A stretch of DNA of 64,000 nt, taken from IMG/VR virus record IMGVR_UViG_3300011989_000005, positions 70,183-134,182 of that record; one strand, 5' to 3'. Positions 49,301 through 57,537 of the stretch are shown piece after piece. This DNA is from a virus (taxonomy: Duplodnaviria > Caudoviricetes). Below the pieces are notes generated by a model that was not told the origin of the DNA, made no database searches, and saw nothing but the letters and a program-made list of their open reading frames with translations. The translations under genes were made by a program, and so were the position numbers. Numbering within the stretch: the first letter of the stretch is position 1; each line of letters begins with the position of its first letter.

Positions 49301-51713
49301 CCTGGTCGGCTGCTTTCACCTTCTTGGCCAGTTCGTCGAAGGCCTGCTGTCCCTCCTTGGTGGTGCGGTCCATAGCGTTCAGCGCCAATCGCCCTTGCTC
49401 TACGGCTTGCTTCAGAGCATTAAACGAACGGCCCTTTGGAGAGTCGAGTACACTCTGGACTTCTTGGGAGAGATGACCGACATTTTTCAGTTCTACCCCT
49501 ATTCGTTGAAGTGCCTCCTGCATACGTCGCCATGCCAGCCCGCCTTTTACGGCTTTTGCTGACATCTCTTCCAATACCTTCTTGGCTTGCGTCAACTGTT
49601 CAATGGAACCTTTGAAACCACCCTTACCAGCTTGTGAGCTGATTTGCATCGCCTGCTTCCACGACATCGTTTGCTCGGCGGCTTTCTTTGCCGACATGCC
49701 TGCCTGTTCCAAATATTCGTTTATCTTGGCGATAATATCAACATAAGTTTTCTGCGGCAGGGTGTCGCGCCATTTTTTCAAGGCTTCTGCCTGCTGCTTC
49801 ACCTCCCCCATACTGGCGGTCTCATGGTCGCCACGCTGGAAGAAGTCGAAGGCTTCCTGTCCCTGCTTGCGCACCATGCGGCGTTGTAGGCGCTCCACCT
49901 CCTTCAGATTATCCTCATATTCTTGTAGGTTCTTTCCGGCGTTCTTTGGGTCGTCGATGAGTTTTTGCCAATACTGATGCTGGCTTTTCAGCACATCCGC
50001 CGAAACGTCGTTGAACTGCGCCATCTGATTAGTCATCTCCGTCAGCTGATTCTTCATCAGCCTGTCGGTCTCCTTGCGCTTCTGTGCCACGCGCTCCTCT
50101 TCCAGCCCGAACTGGTGCAGATAGTTCTCTGCTTTGACGATGGCCTCGGAGTACTGTTTGTGCAACGTGTCGCCCGTCTTCAGTGCCTGCTGATATTGCT
50201 TGGCGGCTTCGATGGCGCTGCGCAGTTCGCTCTCGCTCATGTTGGTGTAGTTGCCGCTGAGTATGCTGGCCGACTGCTTCTGCGCTGTGATGGTAGCCCG
50301 CTCGCGTTCCTCCTGCGTCACCTGTTCCAGTTTCTGGCGGTACTGGTCGAGTTCGGTGCTGCCATGCTCGGCACCTGCCACCATCGCCTCCCAATATTTC
50401 TTCACCTCCTGCAAGCCCGATGCCGACAGCGACGAGAGATTGTTCATCTGCTGACTGATGTGATCGGCGGCTTCGCTCTTGGCCAACTGGTCAAGATATA
50501 CCCTTCCCTGCTCCACCATCTTGTTATACTGAAACCATACGGGAATGCCTTTCTGCACGGAGTCGCGTAGTTTCTCGGCCTCCTGCACAGCGGCTTTTAC
50601 TTCGCTGACGCCAAACTTTGACGGGTCGCCCAATATGTTGCCCAGTTCCGTGCGTCGGGCGTTGCGCTGATAGCCATCAATCTTCTTCAGAGCGGCTTCT
50701 GCTTTGTTGAACTCCGTAGTGCCCTCGGCTGCCCCGTTTTTCTGTGTTTCCCAATACTTGCGCGTCTCTACAAGTGCATCAGCCGATAGGTTCTTCAAGT
50801 CGCGCAAACGCTTGTTCATCGTCTTAGCCAGTTCCTGCTCCAGTTGCAGTTGCTCTTTTTCACGTGCTGCCTGCCGTGCTGCCTCTATACCGTGCTCCTT
50901 TAGGTACTGGTCGGCGCGGACGATGTTGTCGGCCAGTGCCTTTGCCTCCGGGCTGGCGGTCTTGTAGGTGGAGAGCAGTTCGCGGGCGTTGGTGATGGCG
51001 GTGCGTATCTCGTCCTCGGTGTAACGCCCGAAGTCCTTGCTGCCCAACAGCGATACGGCGGCCTCGCGCTCCTGCCGGCGGATGCTGGCCACGTGAGTCT
51101 CCATCTGCGTCAGCTGCTGGTTGTACTTGTTCCACTCGTCGGTGCCCTTGGGTACGAGCGTGAGGATTTCCTTCAGTCCCTTTATCTCCTTGTCGAGCGT
51201 GGCCTGTGCTATGACGCCGCCCTTGTCGAGCGTCTCGATAACCTTCTGCGTGTCGCGGTCGAGGTTGTTCAGCTGCTTGCGGCTCTCCTCGATCACCTTG
51301 TTCAGGTCGCGCTGCTGCTCCAGGTCTTCTGGATCGCTCTCGCGGACGCTGCGCTTGCGGGCTTCGGCGGCGTTGATGGCGCCCTTCAGCTCGGCGCGGC
51401 TGCTCTTCTCTATCTCGCCCAGACGGATGTTCTGCACCACGGTCTCCAGTGCCGTCGCACCCTTGACGAGTTCGCGCAGGGCCTGGTCGTATGACTTGGC
51501 GGCCTTCTGTGCCTGGCGGAACTTGTCGGCCACGTCGAACTCCACGCCGTTGGCATCCTTCATCCGCTTGATACCCTTGTCGAGTGCTTCCTGCAGTCGG
51601 TCCACTTCGTCGTGTGCATCCTTCGAGCTCTGGCGCATGGCGTCGAGTGCGGGGTTCACGCCCTTGGTGTCGGCGCGAAACTGGATGGTTGCTAAAGTTA
51701 TCTTGTTGCTCAT
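43302..51713 (-). CDS. Tape measure protein
   Basis: 2803 aa helical; TP901-like core VRKTTGFT...AGQLG; hydrophobic segments; C-terminal LVGEAGREAII. Confidence 0.9.
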   Translation of the reverse strand: MSNKITLATIQFRADTKGVNPALDAMRQSSKDAHDEVDRLQEALDKGIKRMKDANGVEFDVADKFRQAQKAAKSYDQALRELVKGATALETVVQNIRLGEIEKSSRAELKGAINAAEARKRSVRESDPEDLEQQRDLNKVIEESRKQLNNLDRDTQKVIETLDKGGVIAQATLDKEIKGLKEILTLVPKGTDEWNKYNQQLTQMETHVASIRRQEREAAVSLLGSKDFGRYTEDEIRTAITNARELLSTYKTASPEAKALADNIVRADQYLKEHGIEAARQAAREKEQLQLEQELAKTMNKRLRDLKNLSADALVETRKYWETQKNGAAEGTTEFNKAEAALKKIDGYQRNARRTELGNILGDPSKFGVSEVKAAVQEAEKLRDSVQKGIPVWFQYNKMVEQGRVYLDQLAKSEAADHISQQMNNLSSLSASGLQEVKKYWEAMVAGAEHGSTELDQYRQKLEQVTQEERERATITAQKQSASILSGNYTNMSESELRSAIEAAKQYQQALKTGDTLHKQYSEAIVKAENYLHQFGLEEERVAQKRKETDRLMKNQLTEMTNQMAQFNDVSADVLKSQHQYWQKLIDDPKNAGKNLQEYEDNLKEVERLQRRMVRKQGQEAFDFFQRGDHETASMGEVKQQAEALKKWRDTLPQKTYVDIIAKINEYLEQAGMSAKKAAEQTMSWKQAMQISSQAGKGGFKGSIEQLTQAKKVLEEMSAKAVKGGLAWRRMQEALQRIGVELKNVGHLSQEVQSVLDSPKGRSFNALKQAVEQGRLALNAMDRTTKEGQQAFDELAKKVKAADQEMKDLANSSKGAASAFEKAWSRVRTYLSVYVGTAVAMQKVTATMGDLMDLSDRMGEVRKTTGFTADEVGRLSENLKKMDVRTSLTSLMEISASAGQLGLKTLEDVQGFTEAANKLMIALPEMGREAATEMMRVAIATGEVDKIRKQLQEGTVEGSSATAVAMEKIASTIDRLRASSASTAPEITDFVKRVGAVGAQSGITIDQVAALGSTVSSLGMRIEMSATALSRMIPAIRNNAFELAKAIGVTPDTIRNLFDTGRGMEVILMILQRIKDTGMDADSVEQMLGMAGMRDIMKDLNQQGARAGIVFSGLSQNVDELRRQLGVAGEAYEENIAIQQEFDKMNETTAAKWERLKNAFEEAFVSDNAQRFLGTVIDGLRKIVDLLMGGGGLTTALATISTLVLVLKTNIIGIMWNAIALGLARIIDLFKNWRIALDLVILKLRALTLAQWANVFVAAASAMAMLVYSLRNAANAMSETSKAMGEVEKQLHKQMTAANKLFRSLAKVREQERVAALAAKEQTKAETEKGKAVEQSADKTDKLSKETDKLAGSEKKAAEQTAKVEEGMKRVNAEGKESARIIREINSKYGAYLGYMLSETASARQLAEARELINKKLRETITLKQKEAALSDIEQEYGGKVRKGASSTDDLIASYFGSNDEAYARVSVAVSEAAQKYAKDQKKFQAEVQKIVMANRQFISQSAKKDFRDAYAQSGRGASDNEIVSSIASNIGARAESYRASVEEYQKQVETAERVFDARANVLRKESRESAVRTLNSIMADWKDALARYQKAEGEEKEKLAVEVYKQQRSYNNLFANNADYFTNDKRKGTIERSIENMKSYEKGLRQVADESIRAVDAAERAESKIQNTDFTNGNEGSGNSPWGTSERADSTTYTEMTAEQLVNRREQMNKFVNSIQTDTDVKAVLNEDKALKKAIEAGMSSDMRTVIEWYNTERLKIQDELHARHLTNTGDWLDPKKERGAKKQFRDEMDAYLHELDAYYTERKTRIEEAGTDEGLTEAEIRNRTLANEMEWQQRRAELQKLYSRKQKEVTQEELNAIYHIISERTGDTESFVKAQIAKTNQFVDAIEKSGDKGAAIVHRWMSQVELDTERSYLKGQQALTKQMKAIEDIIDKERPFNGITKQLRESLSTMDILTGDMRKEYDELMKAGKDMRDFNERQGRAELQRTSFLLGEAEQAYSTTIDRVMQQMREKNMGQWADWLSIRPEQQEALMAQLRQTYDAIQDAIKKEASQLKKQAEIMWNNILVPGGDGKTTMKQMLDRTVAQLGIDQGRVSRANSLIGAGVASDRVADKLAIQQMRLQLTMQEHYYNLMKKQGRAHVDMLNQQADAAERRGNAEEATRKRLDAQHAEMALNLATAKEETELAKQREDIIARTEESQNRLYTELRSWADLLTSSLQGVFEASHAGDAEYYNERAKLNLTGKGGPGAGTYVVIDDAGTSDATAHYEHLDERQALERQHEIEVQNAQAEAWRKLMDDLNMKMSETITDQLNALLQNSVIDANTQAVIKNTEALYASMGAAGGSGSGDGYKRNAEGFAVDEQGQIIAPVQPTGETPSGEGMPKAPWQMTDEEVAKSQENMGLLWQTYKEQAIAAETEKAEMLTELPGYVPSPLSITDEQIEATGEKLDALKQKEIDASTEIAQAKMQAQEMVKKSEQQNDQQMVKTNKSSFAAMTAAANMYGIAYQTMSNDNLDTSQKVQMMIVQAAGQAAISMLTASMAASTGETAANAPSWISKTLKELGPIGGPVAVGVFTALIGGLMGLATSKIAKSKSEIAQATGASVGAGRLATGMLTYAEGNVNELTDPASLTPGRQYNVDGADGKTYRAKYMGKGAKTHITNGPEFHLVGEAGREAIIDAKTTRLLQMNDTGIWRDIQTLYNGGSISGLSTRRRRGTGMPAFADGNVGEFEDMSGDAIVANGTGLGFDPIALQSSLDANTAVQQALLERLNQPIVAVNKWTGSDGIPAMYNKMQKEAQRHGENYL

Positions 51714-51746
51714 AATCGTATGTGAATATGGTGGGTGATGGTGTTG

Positions 51747-52274
51747 TTACTTTCTGCGCCGCATGAGCAGTTCGTTCATCTGCTCGTAGTTCTCGCGGTT
51801 AGAGCCGGCGGCGTAGGTGAGGAAGCCGAGTCCGATGAACGAGAAGTGGTTCACCAGCAGCCGCTCGAACTTGCGTGCCTGCTTGCGCATCTCTGTGGTG
51901 CTGTGGGGCTTGGCCCTGCGCTTGCGTCCACGGACGGGGATGGGCTTCCATGCCCTCGTGGTGAAGGGGTCGATGGGGGTGTAGGGGTTGTTCCTGCCCA
52001 CGGCCAGCTCCACGAACTGTCCGTACTTCAGGTAGGTTTCCTGAAACACCTCTGCGTCGCCGCCCGAGTCGCTCCATGCCTTCCATCCGATGGAGCGTAT
52101 CAGCTGTCCGGTCTTGATGGCCGTCAGTCGCTTGATGTTCTTGCGTGAGTCCTGCTTACCGAAGGTGATGAAACGGCGTATCATCTGCATCACCTGCTCG
52201 TCGCGCCAGTCAAATTTCGTGGCGAATATCTGGTCTGCATACGGGTCGTGCTCCCGCCATCGTTCGTTTGCCAT
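51747..52274 (-). CDS. Putative neck/tail-completion protein
   Basis: KTGQLIRSI and YGQFVELAVG resemble HK97 gp10-like motifs. Confidence 0.5.
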   Translation of the reverse strand: MANERWREHDPYADQIFATKFDWRDEQVMQMIRRFITFGKQDSRKNIKRLTAIKTGQLIRSIGWKAWSDSGGDAEVFQETYLKYGQFVELAVGRNNPYTPIDPFTTRAWKPIPVRGRKRRAKPHSTTEMRKQARKFERLLVNHFSFIGLGFLTYAAGSNRENYEQMNELLMRRRK

Positions 52275-52316
52275 GATGTCTGCTTATTGTCTGTTTGTGT
52301 TGGTGATTTCTGAAGG

Positions 52317-52352
52317 GGAAGATAGGGGGTGAGAGGGTGAAAAGCAAGGGCA
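52317..52352 (-). promoter_or_regulatory. Putative late promoter, copy 6
   Basis: TGCCCTTGC-N19-TATCTTCC. Confidence 0.6.
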
Positions 52353-52460
52353 GTGCGAGGCGAGAGCAGAAACACGAAAGCGTGCTTTCGGTGACTATGC
52401 CGAGCCGCTGCCTGCGCTCGGCGAAGCCAGGGACAATGCGAGGCAGAAGCAGAGACTTAT

Positions 52461-52501
52461 AAAAAAGCGGATGCAGCAGACCGTCGCGGTCTGCTGCATC
52501 C
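52461..52501 (-). terminator. Intrinsic terminator
   Basis: ggatgcagcagaccg / cggtctgctgcatcc stem next to A6 (T6 on minus). Confidence 0.75.
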
Positions 52502-52588
52502 TGATACAATTTAATTTAGCAAACTTTTTTGCCTGCGAGCCTCGCGGCGGGCGGATGGCAATAATTTGTACATCATATTATTATAACC

Positions 52589-53191
52589 TTAAATGATTGT
52601 TGTCTCTTCAGGTTGGCTGGTCGATGATATATCGGGTTGGCGGGTCAATGCTGCATCGGCTTCTTCATTTACCCTCTCCTCATCCATCTGCCGGACGAGC
52701 ACGTTGGCGAGGCAGTGCTGCCATCGGCGGTGCAGCTCGCCGCCCTCGCGCTCGGCTACGTCCATGGCGCGGTAGAGCTTGTGCTCCGTATCGCCCCACT
52801 GCCCCCGGTAGAGTGCCGTCGGCTCCGCCAGCTGCTCCTCAACGGAGGCCAGCAGGCGCATCACCAGGCGCGCCTCTGCGGTGCGGGCGGTGCGTATGCG
52901 GTCGGCCAGGGCGTGGTAGTAGGCAGCGTCGCGGGGCTGGGCAGTTCTGCCGTCCTGCTTTCCGTTATTTCGATATTCCGGTATATTGTTATTGCGATTT
53001 TGTTCCGGCGAAGCCAGCGTCTCCAGCAGCGCCTGCGCCGCCAGTTCCGCATCGTCGGGCTCCGGGGTGAGCGGTGCGGGCTTCACGCCCTCGATGCGGA
53101 GGGGAAACCTCTCCCCCACCCCATTCCCCGCAGGGCGGGGAGCAGTATGCTTGCGTCTGAATATCTTCTTGATAGCGTCTGTCAGTTTCAT
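52589..53191 (-). CDS. Hypothetical protein, probably leaderless
   Basis: ATG 53191 (MKLTDAIKK) lies 4 nt after late motif copy 7. Confidence 0.65.
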   Translation of the reverse strand: MKLTDAIKKIFRRKHTAPRPAGNGVGERFPLRIEGVKPAPLTPEPDDAELAAQALLETLASPEQNRNNNIPEYRNNGKQDGRTAQPRDAAYYHALADRIRTARTAEARLVMRLLASVEEQLAEPTALYRGQWGDTEHKLYRAMDVAEREGGELHRRWQHCLANVLVRQMDEERVNEEADAALTRQPDISSTSQPEETTII

Positions 53192-53195
53192 GCCC

Positions 53196-53231
53196 GCAAA
53201 ATAGGGCGCGACGGTATGAAATTCAAGGGCA
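53196..53231 (-). promoter_or_regulatory. Putative late promoter, copy 7
   Basis: TGCCCTTGA-N19-TATTTTGC. Confidence 0.7.
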
Positions 53232-53237
53232 GAGAGT

Positions 53238-53274
53238 AAAAAGATGCAGGGCACCGTCGCGGCGGCCTGCATCC
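53238..53274 (-). terminator. Intrinsic terminator, paralogous to 52461-52501
   Basis: gatgcagg...cctgcatc stem next to A6. Confidence 0.65.
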
Positions 53275-53402
53275 GAACATTTAATTTATACCTATGACAA
53301 ATTACAAGATTTATTCTCAAACGACCCGCCGGCAGATCTGACGGTATGCCTGGCGGGGACTCTTGTCTTTATGAGGTATCATTTTAACTTCGGTGAAAAT
53401 GG

Positions 53403-55235
53403 TCACGCCCCCTGCCCCGCTACCGTTTCGACCATACCCGTCGGGTTGCGGTCCAATGTTGTGAAACTCATCTGACGTATGGCTGGCTCCAGATGCGAGT
53501 CGAACCTGTTGAACGTGAAGACATCCATCAGGAAGCGGAGGTACATGCGCTGCCGCACGTTGAGCAGCTGCTGCTTCATCAGGCGTATCTCGCGCAGGGC
53601 GGTTCCGCCGTTAGAGGCGCTGACCATCGGCACACCGATGTCGCGGGGGTCAACACCGAAGGCGAGGAAGATGGGTGAGGTCGATAGTTCCAGTTCCTCC
53701 TTGCCAGCCTTCACCGCGTCGTTGGTAGTCTCTTTCACATCGACTATCTCGACGTTGTGATGATCCTTGCCGTCCTGGCCGAGCCACATGAACTGTCGCA
53801 TCATCTTGCCGTTGTTCTCGCGCTGCTGCAGGAACGTCTCTACGTCCTGGTCCAGCCCGTCGATGAACTCCTGCTGCGCCGCCTTGTCGCCGGCAATGCC
53901 ATTGTCGGCAAACACCATGTCGAGGTAGTCGAGCGAGATGTAAATGATACGGCCCCAGGTGGTGTTGTTCTCGCGCTGCTTGGCCTTGTCGTAGAGGATG
54001 GTGCTGGAGAAATCGTAAGCCTTAGATGTAAAGATGCTCCACCAGTCGGGCTGCTGATAGTAGTTCTTGTTGCCGTAATAGACGGGGCAGACGGCCCATG
54101 TGGGGCGGGCATTGATGCGTTTGCGCTGGTTCGACGATACGAGGTAGCGCATGTCGCTGACGCGGGCGGTAGCCTCGCAGACGGGGTACATCGTCACCTT
54201 GTCGTCGTGAGCCCCTATTGTGTTGTGCTCGCCGATGCCCTTCGCCCTGAAGCGCTCACCGAAGTACACGTGCTGGATATGGCGGTATTCCGACATCGCC
54301 TCATAGCGGATGCCGTCTATGATTTTCAGTTGACCTATCTTCACGATGCGCGGGTCCCAGCGGCCACGGCGGCCTCGCTCGAAGCCTACGGTGGGGAAGT
54401 AGAGGTCGTACATCATGCAGTCGAGCATGCACTGCGAGAGGTGCAGGTCGAGATTGTTCTCCTCCAGGAACTGCTTCACGCCGGGCACGTGGCGCTCCAT
54501 GTCGCTGTCGTCTTTCTCGTCGTAGCCCTCCCATGTGCGCTCCCACTCGTAATAAGCCTGCTCCCAGTAGTCGGGGCCGATGCCCTGCAGCCGCTTCTTC
54601 GGACGGTTCTCGGGGGCTATCTCGGTGATGGGCTTCAGCGGATCTTCACCGGGGGCGGCAGCGGGGTCGATAGCCATGTCGCCACCGTACTCGTCCTGCT
54701 GCTCTCCCTTGCGGGCCTGCTGGCAGCGCAGCCGCAGGTTGAAACCCGCGTGCTGAAACTCGCAGTAGGTGTCGTCCTCGAAGTGGTACATCAGCCTTAC
54801 GCTCAGCCCCGTGGCCAGGTCGGCCAGGTAGCGCAGCGGTGCGGCGGTGTAGGGGCTTGCCTTCGCCAGCGAGTAGATGACGCCGGGCAGGTTGTCCTTT
54901 GGTCCCCACTTCACGTAGCCGCGTCCCATCGGATTGCCGTCGGGTCCGCTGATGGTCATCGGCGTTGAGTCGGTGCTGTCAAACGACCATGCCACCTGCG
55001 AGAGCGGGCCGTTGCTCAGCGTGCCGCAGCTCATGCCGGAGGCCATCGACTGTGCCTCACCCTTTGACGGGTCGCGGTCGCCGAGGGAGAGCGAGCGCAC
55101 CTTGCCTTTGAGCACGTCGAGCGCCACAAACCCGCGCTTCCGCAGCGAGCGGTCGAGCTTCTGATATTCCGAGAAGGTCTTCGGGCGGTGTATGATGCTG
55201 CCCGCATTACCTCTGTTGTTCTTATTCTTAGCCAT
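53403..55235 (-). CDS. Putative portal protein
   Basis: 610 aa from MAKNKNN; directly downstream of the terminase; WGPKDNLP, YYQQPDWWSIF and AFGVDPRDIG motifs. Confidence 0.75.
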   Translation of the reverse strand: MAKNKNNRGNAGSIIHRPKTFSEYQKLDRSLRKRGFVALDVLKGKVRSLSLGDRDPSKGEAQSMASGMSCGTLSNGPLSQVAWSFDSTDSTPMTISGPDGNPMGRGYVKWGPKDNLPGVIYSLAKASPYTAAPLRYLADLATGLSVRLMYHFEDDTYCEFQHAGFNLRLRCQQARKGEQQDEYGGDMAIDPAAAPGEDPLKPITEIAPENRPKKRLQGIGPDYWEQAYYEWERTWEGYDEKDDSDMERHVPGVKQFLEENNLDLHLSQCMLDCMMYDLYFPTVGFERGRRGRWDPRIVKIGQLKIIDGIRYEAMSEYRHIQHVYFGERFRAKGIGEHNTIGAHDDKVTMYPVCEATARVSDMRYLVSSNQRKRINARPTWAVCPVYYGNKNYYQQPDWWSIFTSKAYDFSSTILYDKAKQRENNTTWGRIIYISLDYLDMVFADNGIAGDKAAQQEFIDGLDQDVETFLQQRENNGKMMRQFMWLGQDGKDHHNVEIVDVKETTNDAVKAGKEELELSTSPIFLAFGVDPRDIGVPMVSASNGGTALREIRLMKQQLLNVRQRMYLRFLMDVFTFNRFDSHLEPAIRQMSFTTLDRNPTGMVETVAGQGA

Positions 55236-55258
55236 AATTTTATGTTGGATTTTTGAGC

Positions 55259-55294
55259 CTAAGATATGCGCGGATAGGCGGTTAATCAAGGGCA
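55259..55294 (-). promoter_or_regulatory. Putative late promoter, copy 8 (portal)
   Basis: TGCCCTTGA-N19-TATCTTAG. Confidence 0.7.
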
Positions 55295-55581
55295 GTGCGA
55301 GGTGCCGTCCTACCCTACCCGAAAAATTTTTCTGCCAAAATGCTTGCACGGTTCAAAGATAATGTCTATGCTTTGCAGCATCAAATAAGGCACCGCAGAG
55401 AGTGACGGTGTTCCTGAAAGTCCTTAAAGGTGGGGTCTTCACGTCGGCCTCGGAAGACAGTGCTTGCACATCCGACATTAAATAAACACCGGCAAGATCG
55501 GGACGAATAGGTAAATAGCCGTCACAACAGTTCAATAGAGGGGTTGACCGCAAGGTTAGCTCCTCGTTTTTTGTTTTCTTC

Positions 55582-57528
55582 CTACCTTGGTATGCCTGCC
55601 AAATTCTGGAATCTGCCTCTCAGCCCGCCTCCAATCTTGCTCTTTGTCTCCGCACACTCCCTGACCCCTATCACCAGATCGTCAAACGCATCTGAAATGG
55701 TCGTTCTCTCACGCTTATCCCCGCCTATTCCGCTTTCCGAGCGAAGTTTCTCTGTTTCCTTGTATTTGCGGAACGTGCCAGGAACTACGGCGGCATTCTC
55801 CAGCGAGGCACGCAGATAGACGCAGCGGTCTGCCTCACGGTTGATGGTGACAAAGGGCGACTCGGTGCCGGAGAAACAGTCGTTGATAAACTGGTACTTG
55901 CGCTCATGCCGCCACGACGTAAATTCCGCCCGCGTCACCTTGAAACCGTAACTGGCAAGTTCGTCGGCCACCACGATATCGAAGCGCGACTGCTCCGATT
56001 CCTCCAGGGCATAGGCTTTGTTGGCACCCTGCTTGATGCTGCTGGCCACGTAGAAGATAACCTCCTTGCAGCCACGGCGCAGGAAGGGGCGGTAATACTG
56101 GGCGAAGAGTTTCGACAGTCCGCGCAGGCGCACCTCGCCCTGCACAAAGAACTCCTTCATCACCAGCAACGACGCGCGGCCCTGAAACATCCGCGTCTGG
56201 CCTACCACAAAGCAATTGATGTCGGCATTGGCATCGAGGGCTATCCTTAATGGCTCCTTATAGTCAAGGTCTAAATCAAGGCTACAGTCTTCGCCGTCGT
56301 GCTGCAGTTGGTCCCATTCCATCGTCTCAGTCTCAAAGTCGGTGGGCCACCGCTGGCTGTCGAGCGCACGGCCTTTGATGCGGGTGGTATATTTGTCGAG
56401 CACAAGGTCGGTGATGTCGCTGCACTCGTAGGTGTTCAGTTCTGAGAAGTTGCAGTAGAAGCCGTCCTTGGCCTGGCCACGGGGCTGGTTCAGGATCTGC
56501 AGGCGGAACAGCAGGTCGGGCAGTTCGCGCTTCATCTGACGGATCCACGCCTCGCCGCCCAGCAGGGCAGCATTCTCTATCGACGAGAACCGCCAGAAGG
56601 TTTCCGACTGTGTGCGCAAGGCGTAGAGCTTGCGCAGGTATTCCTCGTTCTGTGCCAGCCGGGCAGCCAGGTTGGTATGGTGCTCCTTGTCGTACAGCTC
56701 CGCATACCTCACCTCGGCCATCATCTCCTCTATCTGCCGGTTGACGTCGGTCGTCTCATACTCGGCCTCCTTCTCCCAGAGACATTCGCGGGCGTTCAGT
56801 CCGGCATCGCTCACCCACAGCTGCGAGAGCCACTTGTTGTTCATCTTAGGGTCGGTGCCGTAGCCCCACCGCTTCTGCTCGGTCTTGCGATACGCCTTGG
56901 GCAGGAAGTCGCCGCGCAGCGTCGGCAGTACCTCTTCCTTTACCCGTTGCCACGGCATGTACTTCGTCTCGTCGCCCATCAGTGCCGCAAGGTTCAGACC
57001 GTTGGCACTACCCTTGACCGCGAGTGAGATCATCTGGATTACATGCCCATTAGCGAACGACACGCAATTTTCCCACACCCTCGGCTTGGCCAGCGGCATG
57101 GGCCATCGGAGCCGTGCGGGCGGTCGGCCCAGGAAGTAATGCACACCCTCCAAAAATCCCAGCAGGTTCATTACCTTCAGCACGTTAGGCATCGTGCGGG
57201 TGTAGTTCTGCTTGGCACTGGCACCGCAGAATCCGCTCATCATGCGAGCCAGCCCTATCACGATGTCGGCCATGTTGAACGCCAAGAACGCCGACTTACC
57301 CGTACCGCGTCCTGCCAGCACCTTCGTGGAGCGCGAGCCGAAGTTGCGCACCTTCTTCTGCCACGGTGCCATATACACCGTGTTGCGCCCGTCGCCCTGA
57401 TAGTCCACATACTCGCCCTGCTCCTCGCCCTCGTCGTCGGCACCGGGCTTATAGTCCTCCACGTTGGGCAGCATGCGGGCCTCGAACAGGTCGCTGCTGT
57501 TGTTAGGGTTACTGCCTATCCTGCTCAT
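55582..57528 (-). CDS. Terminase large subunit
   Basis: Walker A AGRGTGKS, Walker B LMGDE, RNase H-like IALDAN and DAFDD. Confidence 0.88.
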   Translation of the reverse strand: MSRIGSNPNNSSDLFEARMLPNVEDYKPGADDEGEEQGEYVDYQGDGRNTVYMAPWQKKVRNFGSRSTKVLAGRGTGKSAFLAFNMADIVIGLARMMSGFCGASAKQNYTRTMPNVLKVMNLLGFLEGVHYFLGRPPARLRWPMPLAKPRVWENCVSFANGHVIQMISLAVKGSANGLNLAALMGDETKYMPWQRVKEEVLPTLRGDFLPKAYRKTEQKRWGYGTDPKMNNKWLSQLWVSDAGLNARECLWEKEAEYETTDVNRQIEEMMAEVRYAELYDKEHHTNLAARLAQNEEYLRKLYALRTQSETFWRFSSIENAALLGGEAWIRQMKRELPDLLFRLQILNQPRGQAKDGFYCNFSELNTYECSDITDLVLDKYTTRIKGRALDSQRWPTDFETETMEWDQLQHDGEDCSLDLDLDYKEPLRIALDANADINCFVVGQTRMFQGRASLLVMKEFFVQGEVRLRGLSKLFAQYYRPFLRRGCKEVIFYVASSIKQGANKAYALEESEQSRFDIVVADELASYGFKVTRAEFTSWRHERKYQFINDCFSGTESPFVTINREADRCVYLRASLENAAVVPGTFRKYKETEKLRSESGIGGDKRERTTISDAFDDLVIGVRECAETKSKIGGGLRGRFQNLAGIPR

Positions 57529-57537
57529 GGTTTATCC

